DNA of 39,212 bases from a virus (Duplodnaviria > Caudoviricetes). The DNA lies in IMG/VR virus record IMGVR_UViG_3300048849_000190, positions 1-39,212 of that record; one strand, 5' to 3'. A program made the translations under genes and the position numbers. A model generated the notes under the pieces. It had not been told where the DNA came from. It was given only the letters and a program-made list of their open reading frames with translations, and made no database searches. Below are positions 8,566-16,998 of this stretch, piece by piece (the stretch's first letter is position 1; each line of letters begins with the position of its first letter).

Positions 8566-8817
8566 TCTTTTCGCTTCTCTCTCGGCCTAACGCAGGGCGG
8601 GGAGGCCGGCCTTCCGGTCCGTCTCCCCGTCTATTCCCCGTGGGCCGCACGCCCGAATCTTCAGTCGATTTCGGGGCGCCCCGCACGGCCGCTGCCCGAC
8701 TTTCTTTCGCGCCTTTGCCGGCTGTCATCCGCACATGACGATCGGCTCTCACCAGTATTCCAGTCCCCTTCGCTCGCTGCTCTCCTGTGTCCCCAACATG
8801 GCACCGGAGAGCCTTCC

Positions 8818-9255
8818 ATGTCCGACAAGAGACGTGTCGCGCGCGACAAGAGACGTGTCGAGGATGACAGCATGAGCGCCGTCCTAGAGTCCCGCCGCTT
8901 CCTCGAGGCGCTGACGATAGCGCATCACCGCGGCCCGACCGACACTTGGACGGCGGCGCGAGACCGGGCCGCCACAGCGGTCGGTATCGAGCGGTCCTAT
9001 GCCGCGCGGATCTGGAACCGCTGGCAGTCGATGAAGGACGTCTCGGGCGCGGCCTATCGCGCCCTGCAGCTGGCTTACGAAGCGCAATGCGAACGCAACG
9101 AAACAGCAGCCGCGCACACGCGCCGGCTGAGGGAGGAACTCGCCCATGCAGCGGCTGACGAAGTCCGCGGCGAGCCGCGTCTGGCAGGCCATCCTGTTGC
9201 GCATCGAGCGGTGGACGGCGCGCCGGGCAAAGCGGCAGCGCGAGCGGTTCGCTGA
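8818..9255 (+). CDS. putative phage regulatory protein (CII position); start 8818 or 8872
   Basis: HTH-like ARDRAATAVGIERSYAARIW; located between cro and the replication genes. Confidence 0.65.
   Translation: MSDKRRVARDKRRVEDDSMSAVLESRRFLEALTIAHHRGPTDTWTAARDRAATAVGIERSYAARIWNRWQSMKDVSGAAYRALQLAYEAQCERNETAAAHTRRLREELAHAAADEVRGEPRLAGHPVAHRAVDGAPGKAAARAVR
8825..8858. repeat. tandem operator-like direct repeat
   Basis: ACAAGAGACGTGT at 8825-8837 and 8846-8858 (21-bp period), fitting the ACA-N7-TGT operator pattern. Confidence 0.65.
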
Positions 9256-9276
9256 GCGGGACCGGGAAGGCGAGCC

Positions 9277-10506
9277 ATGACCAGTGAACGCTCCCCCGAG
9301 ATGGACGCCTTCGTTGCCGACGCGAAGGCAGTGTCGCTGCTCGACGGGTTTTCGCGCGCTGGCGGCTCGCTGGCGGCACTGCGGCGGACCGGCGCTGAGT
9401 GGATTGGGCCATGCCCGGCCTGCGGCGGAAAAGACCGGTTTTCGCTGAACGAGGCGAAACAGGTGTTCAACTGCCGCGGCGCCGGCGGCGGCGGGGTGAT
9501 CTCGCTCGCCATGCATGTGAGCGGAGCGGGGTTTCTGGACGCCTGCGAAATGGTGCTGGGACAGGATCGCCCGGGGCTGGATAGCGCGGGGCGCGCGGTG
9601 CGCGACCACGACCGGCGAGCCGCGGCGTCCAAGATTGAGGCGCAGCGGGCCGAGGCCGAACGCCTGGCGGTAAAGCGCGCGGCAGAGGCGGAGCATTTTC
9701 GCGACCGGGAGTGGCAGCGTTGCGCCGATGACTGGAACGCGGCCGGGCCGTTTTCGGGATCGCCAGCCGAGGCCTATCTGGCGGCGCGGCGGCTGCCGAT
9801 GCCGGATGCGGCCTTCGTGCGCTGCCACGCTGGCCTGCCGTATTGGGGCGGGCCATCCGGGCGGCAGACGGTGCTGCACCGGGGACCGGCCATGTTGGTG
9901 CTGTTCGTGGTGCCGGGCGAGACGCAGTATCGGCCGATCGGGATGCACCGCACTTGGATTGCCCTCGACCGGGCGCCGAAATTCCGGCCCGACATCGTCG
10001 ATCCCGAAAGCGGGGCGGCGCTCGCCTCGAAGAAGATGCGGGGCTCGAAGATGGGCGGGTTCCTGCCGCTGCTCGGGCGCCTCTCCGCCGCGCGTCGCAT
10101 GGTGGCGGGCGAGGGCATCGAGACGGTGCTCGGCTATGCTGCCGAGGAAGGCTTTCCCGAGGGCACGTTCTATTGCGCCGCGGGCGACCTCGGCAATCTC
10201 TGCGGCAAGGCCGAGCGGACGTCGCGGCTGAAGGTGCCGGGGGCCTTCAAGCTCGACCGCGCCGGGCGGAAGATGCCCGTGGTGGTGCCGGGGGAACTGC
10301 CCGACTGGGACAGCGCCTGCCTGCCGGTGCCCGACCATATCGAGGAGCTGCTGCTCGTCGGCGACGGCGATTCCGAGCCGGTTATGACGCGCGCGGCGAT
10401 GAAGCGGGGCGTCGCGCGCCACGCGCGGCCGGGACGGGGGGTGGAATATCACATGGCGCCTGCGGGCCTCGACTGGGCCGAGATCGGCGCGGGGGTGGCG
10501 GCGTGA
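9277..10506 (+). CDS. phage primase with P4-alpha-like Zn-binding and TOPRIM-like domains
   Basis: GPCPACGGKDRF...FNCRG zinc motif; GEGIET and LVGDGD TOPRIM motifs. Confidence 0.85.
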   Translation: MTSERSPEMDAFVADAKAVSLLDGFSRAGGSLAALRRTGAEWIGPCPACGGKDRFSLNEAKQVFNCRGAGGGGVISLAMHVSGAGFLDACEMVLGQDRPGLDSAGRAVRDHDRRAAASKIEAQRAEAERLAVKRAAEAEHFRDREWQRCADDWNAAGPFSGSPAEAYLAARRLPMPDAAFVRCHAGLPYWGGPSGRQTVLHRGPAMLVLFVVPGETQYRPIGMHRTWIALDRAPKFRPDIVDPESGAALASKKMRGSKMGGFLPLLGRLSAARRMVAGEGIETVLGYAAEEGFPEGTFYCAAGDLGNLCGKAERTSRLKVPGAFKLDRAGRKMPVVVPGELPDWDSACLPVPDHIEELLLVGDGDSEPVMTRAAMKRGVARHARPGRGVEYHMAPAGLDWAEIGAGVAA

Positions 10507-11090
10507 TCGACTTCAAGCTGCCGCTGTTCGCCTTCGACGTCGTGGTAATCGACCCGCCCTGGCCGTGGGCCGCCTATTCCGACAAGGGTCTCGAGAAGAG
10601 CCCGGAGGCGCAATACGTCACGATGACGCTCGACGACATCGCCGCGATGCGCGTCGGGGATCTCTTGGCGCCATCGGGCGTGCTGGTGATGTGGGCGACG
10701 TGGCCGCTGATCGAGCGGCAAAGCCAGATCATGCGCGGCTGGGGCGTGCCGGTCGTGACCGGCGGCGTCTGGGCGAAGCGGACCGTCAACGGCAAGCTGC
10801 GCTGGGGCACGGGCTATGTGCTGCGCTCGGTCTGCGAGCCGTTCCTCGTCGGCCGCCTCGAAGGCGCTGCGATTGCCAAAGGCAAGGTGCCGAACCTCGT
10901 CGAAACGCTTTTCGACGCCGCCCTCGACGGGCACGCGCGCGAGCATTCCCGCAAGCCGGAAGAGTTCTACCAGCTGGTGGAAACGCTGGTGCCGAATGGT
11001 CGACGCGCGGACATCTTCTCCCGCCAGCGCCGTGCCGGCTGGGACAGTTTCGGCAACGAAGCCGACAAGTTTCATGAGGTTGTGGCATGA
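10503..11090 (+). CDS. MT-A70 family adenine methyltransferase
   Basis: FDVVVIDPPW catalytic motif, WATWP, W.K, GTGYVLR...E and REHSRKP...DIFSR...GWDSFGNE; GTG start overlaps the primase stop. Confidence 0.9.
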   Translation: MIDFKLPLFAFDVVVIDPPWPWAAYSDKGLEKSPEAQYVTMTLDDIAAMRVGDLLAPSGVLVMWATWPLIERQSQIMRGWGVPVVTGGVWAKRTVNGKLRWGTGYVLRSVCEPFLVGRLEGAAIAKGKVPNLVETLFDAALDGHAREHSRKPEEFYQLVETLVPNGRRADIFSRQRRAGWDSFGNEADKFHEVVA

Positions 11091-12820
11091 CCACCGATCC
11101 CAAAGACGGCGTGTCGCTGCTCGCCCTCTGCGCGGCCGAGCCGGAGACCGATATCGGCAACTCGCGCCGATTCCGCCTCCGGCACGAGCATGAAGTGCTC
11201 TACCAGACAAATATCGGTTGGCACGGCTATGACGGGCGGCGCTGGAAAGAGGATGTGGACGGGGCCGTGGTGCGGCCGCTGGCGCACCGGACTGTCGAGG
11301 CGATCCGCCTCGAGACGCACGAGATCCTCCTCGACGAGGCTTCGCTGCTGCTCGTCGAGGCCGGGGACGATGCCGAGGCGCACTTGGATAAGGGTGGCGA
11401 TCTGACGGCGCCGCAGAGGGCGCGGCTGCGCGCGGCGATCGACGAGCGGGACCGGATCGTCAAGGCGCTGGACGACCGCCGGGCGGCGCGTGCGCGGCAT
11501 GCGAAAAGCTCGGCCGGGTCGTCGAAGATCGACAACATGCTGAAAGAGGCCGCTCCCTACCTCTCGCGCGCCGTCGAGGACATGAATCCCGACGACCATG
11601 CGCTGAACTGCCTGAATGGGACGTTGCGCTTTGTGCCGGTGGAGGACCCGGAGAGCGACCCGGACGACCCTCGCGTGGTCTATTCCGCGCGGCTTGATCC
11701 GCACCGGCGAGACGACTGGATCACGAAGCTCGTTGACGTGGACGTGCCGGCATCGGGCGGCCTGGCCGGGCCCGGTGATGCGCTGTGGCCGGCGGCGCAT
11801 TTCGCCGCGCTGGCGGAGGCGCTGTCGCCGCGTTTTCACGAATTCCTGCTGACGGTGCAGCCCATGCCCGACATGCGGCGCTACCTGCAGCGGCTCTGCG
11901 GCTACATGCTGACGGGGCTCGATTCCGAGCAGATGATCGCCTTCTTCTACGGCATCGGCGCCAACGGCAAATCGACCTTTACAGACCTCATAGGCCGCAT
12001 TCTCGGCGACTATGCCGTGACGCTCTCGATCGACAGCTTTACCGGCGAAAACCAGAAGGGCGGCGGCGACGCCACTCCCGACCTCGTGCGGCTCTCTCAC
12101 GCGCGATCGTGCTTCGCCTCCGAAGGCGACGAGAGCGCGAAGCTGAAGGAGGGGCTGATCAAGCTCCTGACCGGATCGGACAAGATACCGGTGCGCAAGC
12201 TGCACAAGGACTTCATCGAGATCCGCATCAAGGCGACGACGGTGATCACCGGCAACCATAAGCCGATCATCCGCGGCGTCGATGACGGCATCTGGCGACG
12301 GGTGCACCTGGTGGACTGGCCGGTGCAGATCCCCGTCAACGAACGCGACAAGAAGCTGCCGGAGAAGCTGTGGGCGGAGCGGCAGGGGGTGCTGGCGTGG
12401 ATGATCGCCGGGGCGCTGGAATTCCTATCCCTGCAGGGGCTGCATCCGCCGGCGAGCCTGATCGCCGCCGTGCAGGAGCACCGCGAGGAGAGCGACCCGA
12501 TCGGCGCCTTCGTGCGCGGGGCCTGCGAGGTGACCGGCAACGAACACGACCGGGTGACGCCCGGCGAGCTGTTCGACGCCTACACCGTGTTCTGCCGGAA
12601 GGAAGGCCAGTTCGCCTTTCCTCAGGCAACCTTCACCCGCCGATTGCCGGAGCAGACCAGGCGAACGTGGAAGGCGCCGGATGGGCGCGTGACGCAGTTC
12701 GCCAAGGTTAAGGTCGGCAACACGCTCTATCGCGGCATCCGCATCAAGGACACCTATCGCGGCATTGGCGGTTCTCCGCCGCCCGATGATCGCCCTTTCG
12801 CGCCGAGGGATGAGCAATGA
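11087..12820 (+). CDS. P4-family / D5-like SF3 helicase (phage/plasmid primase C-terminal family)
   Basis: D5_N-like region (WHGYDGRRW, LNCLNGTL), Walker A GIGANGKST, IKLLTGSD, GNHKP..DDGIWRR. Confidence 0.92.
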   Translation: MTTDPKDGVSLLALCAAEPETDIGNSRRFRLRHEHEVLYQTNIGWHGYDGRRWKEDVDGAVVRPLAHRTVEAIRLETHEILLDEASLLLVEAGDDAEAHLDKGGDLTAPQRARLRAAIDERDRIVKALDDRRAARARHAKSSAGSSKIDNMLKEAAPYLSRAVEDMNPDDHALNCLNGTLRFVPVEDPESDPDDPRVVYSARLDPHRRDDWITKLVDVDVPASGGLAGPGDALWPAAHFAALAEALSPRFHEFLLTVQPMPDMRRYLQRLCGYMLTGLDSEQMIAFFYGIGANGKSTFTDLIGRILGDYAVTLSIDSFTGENQKGGGDATPDLVRLSHARSCFASEGDESAKLKEGLIKLLTGSDKIPVRKLHKDFIEIRIKATTVITGNHKPIIRGVDDGIWRRVHLVDWPVQIPVNERDKKLPEKLWAERQGVLAWMIAGALEFLSLQGLHPPASLIAAVQEHREESDPIGAFVRGACEVTGNEHDRVTPGELFDAYTVFCRKEGQFAFPQATFTRRLPEQTRRTWKAPDGRVTQFAKVKVGNTLYRGIRIKDTYRGIGGSPPPDDRPFAPRDEQ

Positions 12821-12891
12821 CCCTATCCCCCTTGCTGGCACAACGACGGAAGAGGCGGCCGGGCGACCCTTGGCGGGCTGTCTGCCCGCGA

Positions 12892-13204
12892 TTTAGGGAC
12901 GCTAGGGAGGCAAGCTGGCGGCGTCATCGCTTGCGTCCACTGCGAAAGGGTGTGGGAAATCAACGGGTTTGGACGCTAGGGAGGGTAGGGAGGCAAGCCC
13001 CGCGCGTTCGCATACGTGCGTGAAGTCGAGGGGTGTGGGATGGGCTTTGGAAAACCCTTCCATGTGTAACCCGAGAACTACCTTCCCTAGCCTCCCTAGC
13101 GTCCCTAATTAAAAAATAAACACTTAATATCAAGGACTTAAGAAGATGGAAAATAGGGAAGCAAGCAAGATGGAAAGTGACGGTGCCTCCCTAGCGTCCC
13201 TAAA
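12892..13204. repeat. putative replication origin with 9-bp iterons in inverted arrays, AT-rich tract and IHF site
   Basis: TAGGGA units at 12894, 12903, 12977, 12986, 13154; TCCCTA at 13084, 13093, 13102, 13188, 13197; perfect 21-bp inverted repeat 12892-12912/13184-13204; TATCAAGGACTTA (13128-13140) matches IHF consensus WATCAA-N4-TTR. Confidence 0.75.
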
Positions 13205-13220
13205 CGGGGCGAAGGCCTCT

Positions 13221-13802
13221 ATGCGGGACCGGATGTCGGACGATGCGCTGGACAACGGCATCCTGGACGTCGCCGCGGGGCTGCACTGGTACGCGCTGCT
13301 GGTGGAGCCGCAGAAGGAATTCGTGGCGCAGAAGATACTGCGGCGCTACGGGCTGCGCACCTTCGTGCCGGTGCGGAGGGAATGGCGCCGGATGAACAAG
13401 TTCACGGCAGACAAGGTGCTGCGGGCTTTCCCGCTGGCGCCTCGCTACGTGTTCGCCGGTTTCGAGCCCGGGGTGCCGTTGTGGTTCAACCTGTTTGCGC
13501 TGCCGGTTGTCTCGGGCGCCGTATGCATCAGCGAAAGGCCGATGCGGCTGCCGACCGCTGAGGTGGTGATGATGATCCGCAAGCTGGGCGGCGGGCTCAA
13601 CGCTGCCGAGGCCGCGCGTTTTATGCGCACGCATCATGAGTTCGCCGTGGGCGATACGGTCGAAGTGACGGCCGGTCCGTTCGAGGGCATCCGGGTGCCG
13701 GTGGTCTCGATCAGCGGTCCACGGGCGAGGGTGCTGCTCAGCCTCTTCGGTGGGGCCGTGGACACGATCGACATGGCTCTTGACGATTTGCAGGCGGCAT
13801 GA
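13221..13802 (+). CDS. NusG-paralog transcription antiterminator (phage late regulator); start uncertain (13146-13233)
   Basis: NGN domain WYALLVEPQKE...FVP...PRYVF and KOW motif GDTVEVTAGPFEG. Confidence 0.88.
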   Translation: MRDRMSDDALDNGILDVAAGLHWYALLVEPQKEFVAQKILRRYGLRTFVPVRREWRRMNKFTADKVLRAFPLAPRYVFAGFEPGVPLWFNLFALPVVSGAVCISERPMRLPTAEVVMMIRKLGGGLNAAEAARFMRTHHEFAVGDTVEVTAGPFEGIRVPVVSISGPRARVLLSLFGGAVDTIDMALDDLQAA

Positions 13803-13808
13803 CAGGTT
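13780..13808 (+). promoter_or_regulatory. putative late promoter
   Basis: TTGACG (13780-13785), 17 bp, CAGGTT (13803-13808) at the end of the NusG-like gene, analogous in position to lambda pR'. Confidence 0.45.
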
Positions 13809-13897
13809 CCGGGTCAGGACGTCTCTGGTCCCTGCGCTCGACGCACACCGGAAGCCAGCCACCCCAGACGCGGGTCGGCACAGATGGATGTTTATGG

Positions 13898-13919
13898 GGC
13901 TCGCACAAGCGGGCCTTTT
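13898..13919 (+). terminator. intrinsic terminator after the late leader
   Basis: GGCTCGC-ACAA-GCGGGCC-TTTT. Confidence 0.65.
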
Positions 13920-13924
13920 GCTTG

Positions 13925-14158
13925 TCAGGTCGCCCCAATCGTCGGCACATCAAGCTGCTTCAGTTTCGCCTCCATAATCGCTGCCTGCAGGTGAGCGAAG
14001 CGCTCGGCGGGTTGTAGCGCGTGCATCGCCGCAGCGGCCGTGTCCGTAATTCGGTAGTGCCCGCAGCTCTGGCACACGATTTCGCTGAAATCGCCGACCT
14101 TCTGTTGCACCTCGGCTCGCTCGCGTCCGCATACCAGGCATTCGTGGTCGGTCTGCAT
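13925..14158 (-). CDS. small putative Zn-ribbon protein (moron-like, antisense to late operon)
   Basis: CLVCG...CQSCGHYRIT in 77 aa; SD GGGAG; opposite strand to its flanks. Confidence 0.65.
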   Translation of the reverse strand: MQTDHECLVCGRERAEVQQKVGDFSEIVCQSCGHYRITDTAAAAMHALQPAERFAHLQAAIMEAKLKQLDVPTIGAT

Positions 14159-14217
14159 TGTGGTTCGCTCCCATGTTCTTACGAAGGTCACCTTACCTAC
14201 GAAGTATGGGGGTTACG

Positions 14218-14520
14218 ATGGGTCGGATCATGAACCTCGGGCCGACGCTCTCCAGCCTTGCGCCTCGGCTGAGGCCACCGCCGAAGATCGCCGAGAGCTT
14301 CTACCTCGGCGCCGCCTGGCGCGGGCTGATGGCGCGGCTGAAGGCGGAGCGCGGCAACGTCTGCCAGAAGTGCGGTGCGCGGGGCAGGGTGCTCGGCGAC
14401 CACATCGTCGAGCGCAAGGACGGCGGCAATGACCTCGACCCGGTCAACGTCATGCTGATGTGCTGGGGCTGCCACAACGCGAAGACGGCCAAGGCCAAGG
14501 CGAGAAGGGCAGGGCGATGA
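14218..14520 (+). CDS. HNH endonuclease (packaging-associated, HK97 gp74-like)
   Basis: FY...W, CQKCG, DHIVE..DGG...NVMLMCWGCHNAKT; upstream of terminase. Confidence 0.9.
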   Translation: MGRIMNLGPTLSSLAPRLRPPPKIAESFYLGAAWRGLMARLKAERGNVCQKCGARGRVLGDHIVERKDGGNDLDPVNVMLMCWGCHNAKTAKAKARRAGR

Positions 14521-14771
14521 TCCTCCGCTTGATCGAAGGCGCGACCCGTATCCTCGGCAGGAGCCAAGGCTATCTCGGCCTGCCGCTGCGCGACGAGCTT
14601 ATCAACTGCTCGGTCGATGGTCCGGGCACGCCGTCCATGGTGACGGCGTGGGAGCCGACGCCCGCCGAGCTGGCGCTGCTCAACGCGGGGGCGCCGGTGC
14701 TGCTGCGGGTGCTCGGGACCGGCCACCCGCCGGTCATGCTCACCGTCGGCGAGGCCCCGACCGACCGATAG
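14517..14771 (+). CDS. hypothetical phage protein
   Basis: 84 aa, SMVTAWEPTPAELALLNAGAPVLL..HPPV; ATGA overlap with the HNH stop. Confidence 0.7.
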   Translation: MILRLIEGATRILGRSQGYLGLPLRDELINCSVDGPGTPSMVTAWEPTPAELALLNAGAPVLLRVLGTGHPPVMLTVGEAPTDR

Positions 14772-14842
14772 GGGGGCATCGAAAGTCTGGGGCCCCTCAA
14801 CTCTTGGCACCGGCTTCTGTCTCATTCGGAGATTTTTTTTCG
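14769..14842. other. probable cos region
   Basis: G-run, GAAAGTCT, CACCGG core and T8 run in the intergenic gap just upstream of the small terminase; position expected for HK97-like phages; exact cut site not determinable. Confidence 0.45.
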
Positions 14843-15310
14843 ATGGACGAGAAATTCGATCTGTTCGGCGACCCCATTCCGGAGGGTCATGGCCGGCGGG
14901 GCAGGCCGGCGCATATCCCGACCGACCGAAACCGTAGCAAAGTCAGCATGTTGCTGGCTTTCGGATGGAGCAACGAGCGGATTGCCAACGCGATCGGCAT
15001 CACGCCGCCGACGCTTCGCAAGGTTTATTTTCGCGAGCTGAAGTTCCGGAGCGAGATGCGCGACCGGCTCGATGCCCGCATCGCCGAGGTGCTGTGGACC
15101 GGCGTGGCGGAAGGCAACGTCGCGGCCATCAAGGAATTCCGCAAGGTGCTGGAGCGCAGCGACATGATGCTGGCCGAGAGCGCCCTGCGCCCGCGCCGGG
15201 ATCAGCCGGCGCCCGCGCGTGAGCCGAAGCTCGGCAAGAAAGAGACGGCTGTGCGAGACGCGCGCACCGGCCACGAAGGGACGGGATGGTCGACACTGCT
15301 CCGTCAGTAG
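14843..15310 (+). CDS. terminase small subunit
   Basis: GRRGRPAHIPT, HTH WSNERIANAIGITPPTLRKVY, GNVAA, KLGKKE; directly upstream of TerL. Confidence 0.8.
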   Translation: MDEKFDLFGDPIPEGHGRRGRPAHIPTDRNRSKVSMLLAFGWSNERIANAIGITPPTLRKVYFRELKFRSEMRDRLDARIAEVLWTGVAEGNVAAIKEFRKVLERSDMMLAESALRPRRDQPAPAREPKLGKKETAVRDARTGHEGTGWSTLLRQ

Positions 15311-16998
15311 CGCGCTGGAACCTGGCCTGCCCGGACTGGGTCGAAAGGCTGAAGGCGGGCCGCACGCTGGTGCCCGATCTGCCGCTGGACAAGGAAGAGG
15401 CCGCGCGAGCCGTCGCCATCTACGACAAGCTGAGACTGCCGGACGTGCCGGGCCAGCCGACGCTCGCCGAGGCTGGTGGACAGTGGTTCCGCGATATCGT
15501 CGCCGCGGCCTTCGGCTCGCTCGACAAGAAAACGGGGGTGCGCAGCGTCTCGGAAATCTTCGCCCTGGTGCCGAAGAAGAACGCGAAGACGACCAATGGC
15601 GCGGCCTTGTCGATGACCGCCATGCTCTGCAACGAGCGGCCGAATGCTGAAATGCTGCTGATCGGTCCGACGCAGGAGGTCGCGGATCTCGCCTTCTCGC
15701 AGGCATCGGGCATTGTCCGGGCTGACGAGTATCTGGAGAAGCGGTTTCACGTCGTCGAGCACAAGAAGACGATCGTCGACCGGGTCAACGGGGCCAAGCT
15801 TAAGGTGAAGACCTTCGACATGAAGGTGCTCACCGGATCGAAGCCCGTGTTCGTGCTGCTCGACGAGCTGCACATCATGTCGACCTACTCCTACGCGTCG
15901 CGTGTCATAGGGCAGATCCGGGGCGGCCTGCTGCCGAACCCGGAAAGCCTCCTGGTGATCATCACGACGCAGAGCGACCAGCCGCCAGCGGGCGTGTTCA
16001 AGTCCGAACTGCAGTATGCCCGCGGCGTGCGGGACGGGCGGATCAAGAATCAGGGCCTGCTGCCGGTGCTCTACGAGTTCCCGGAGGCGATGCAGACCGA
16101 CAAGAAGCTGCCGTGGCGCGACCCGCGCAACTGGCCGATGGTGCTGCCAAACCTTGGCCTGTCCATCACCATCGATCGCCTGACCGCCGACTACGCCATG
16201 TCGGTCGAGAAGGGCGAGGAGGAGGAACGGCGCTGGGCGTCGCAGCACCTCAATGTCGAGATCGGCTTGGCACTGCATTCCGACCGCTGGGTCGGCACGG
16301 ACTACTGGCTCGGCGCCGCCGACGAGAGCCTGTCGCTCGAGGAGATCATCGAGCGCTCGGATGTCGTCGTCGTTGGTATCGATGGCGGCGGCCTCGACGA
16401 TCTTCTCGGCCTGGCCGTCATCGGCCGGGACAAGGTCAACCGGGATTGGCTTCTGTGGAACAAGGCCTGGGCGCACGAGGACGTGTTGAAGCGCCGGCCT
16501 GAGATCGTCGAGACGCTAAGGGACTTCGAGAAGGCCGGCGACCTCGTCATCTGCCAGGACCCGACACAGGATATCCGCGAAGTCTGCGACATCGTCGAGC
16601 AGATCGACCATGTCGGAAAGCTCGCCGACAAGGCCAGCGTCGGCCTCGACCCGGTCGGCGTTGCAGCCATCGTCGACGAGCTTGCGTCGCGGAGCATCGA
16701 CGGCGAGCGTGTCGTCGGCGTCAGCCAGGGCTATCGGCTCTCCAGCGCGATCTGGGGCATGGAGCGCAAGCTGAAGGACGGCACGCTCTGGCATTCCGGC
16801 GCCGGCCTGATGGCCTGGTGCGTCGGCAACGCCAAGGTCGAGCTGCGCGGCAACGCGGTGCTGATCACGAAGCAAGCCGCCGGCAAGTCCAAAATCGACC
16901 CTCTCGCAGCCAGCTTCAACGCTGTGATGCTGATGAGCAGGAACCCCGAGGCCCGTAGACTTTCCCCCTACGAGACACGCGGAATTCGGAGAGTTTGA
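15286..16998 (+). CDS. terminase large subunit
   Basis: Walker A VPKKNAKTT, Walker B VLLDELH, nuclease VGIDGGGLDD, KIDPLAA. Confidence 0.95.
   Translation: MVDTAPSVARWNLACPDWVERLKAGRTLVPDLPLDKEEAARAVAIYDKLRLPDVPGQPTLAEAGGQWFRDIVAAAFGSLDKKTGVRSVSEIFALVPKKNAKTTNGAALSMTAMLCNERPNAEMLLIGPTQEVADLAFSQASGIVRADEYLEKRFHVVEHKKTIVDRVNGAKLKVKTFDMKVLTGSKPVFVLLDELHIMSTYSYASRVIGQIRGGLLPNPESLLVIITTQSDQPPAGVFKSELQYARGVRDGRIKNQGLLPVLYEFPEAMQTDKKLPWRDPRNWPMVLPNLGLSITIDRLTADYAMSVEKGEEEERRWASQHLNVEIGLALHSDRWVGTDYWLGAADESLSLEEIIERSDVVVVGIDGGGLDDLLGLAVIGRDKVNRDWLLWNKAWAHEDVLKRRPEIVETLRDFEKAGDLVICQDPTQDIREVCDIVEQIDHVGKLADKASVGLDPVGVAAIVDELASRSIDGERVVGVSQGYRLSSAIWGMERKLKDGTLWHSGAGLMAWCVGNAKVELRGNAVLITKQAAGKSKIDPLAASFNAVMLMSRNPEARRLSPYETRGIRRV

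Noticed and set aside
8884-10452. Long minus-strand ORFs (522 aa here; also 11072-12307, 15304-16476, 21785-22687)
   Set aside because: Shadow ORFs opposite well-supported genes in high-GC DNA; Arg/Pro-rich with no motifs
9843-10502. N-terminal extensions given by the ORF track (9843 for the methyltransferase, 33654 for tail fibre, 8529 for cI, 14648 for TerS)
   Set aside because: They overlap other real genes; downstream starts with stop-start coupling or an SD fit better
12817-13023. 68-aa ORF after the helicase
   Set aside because: Runs across the iteron array; low-complexity basic sequence, probably not coding
12892-13204. Repeat cluster as a CRISPR array or MITE
   Set aside because: Units are 9 bp in both orientations with no unique spacers, no cas genes and no target-site duplication; an origin fits better
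14163-14178. GTTC-N8-GTTC as a second LexA box
   Set aside because: Spacer is 8 rather than 7 nt; not called as a feature
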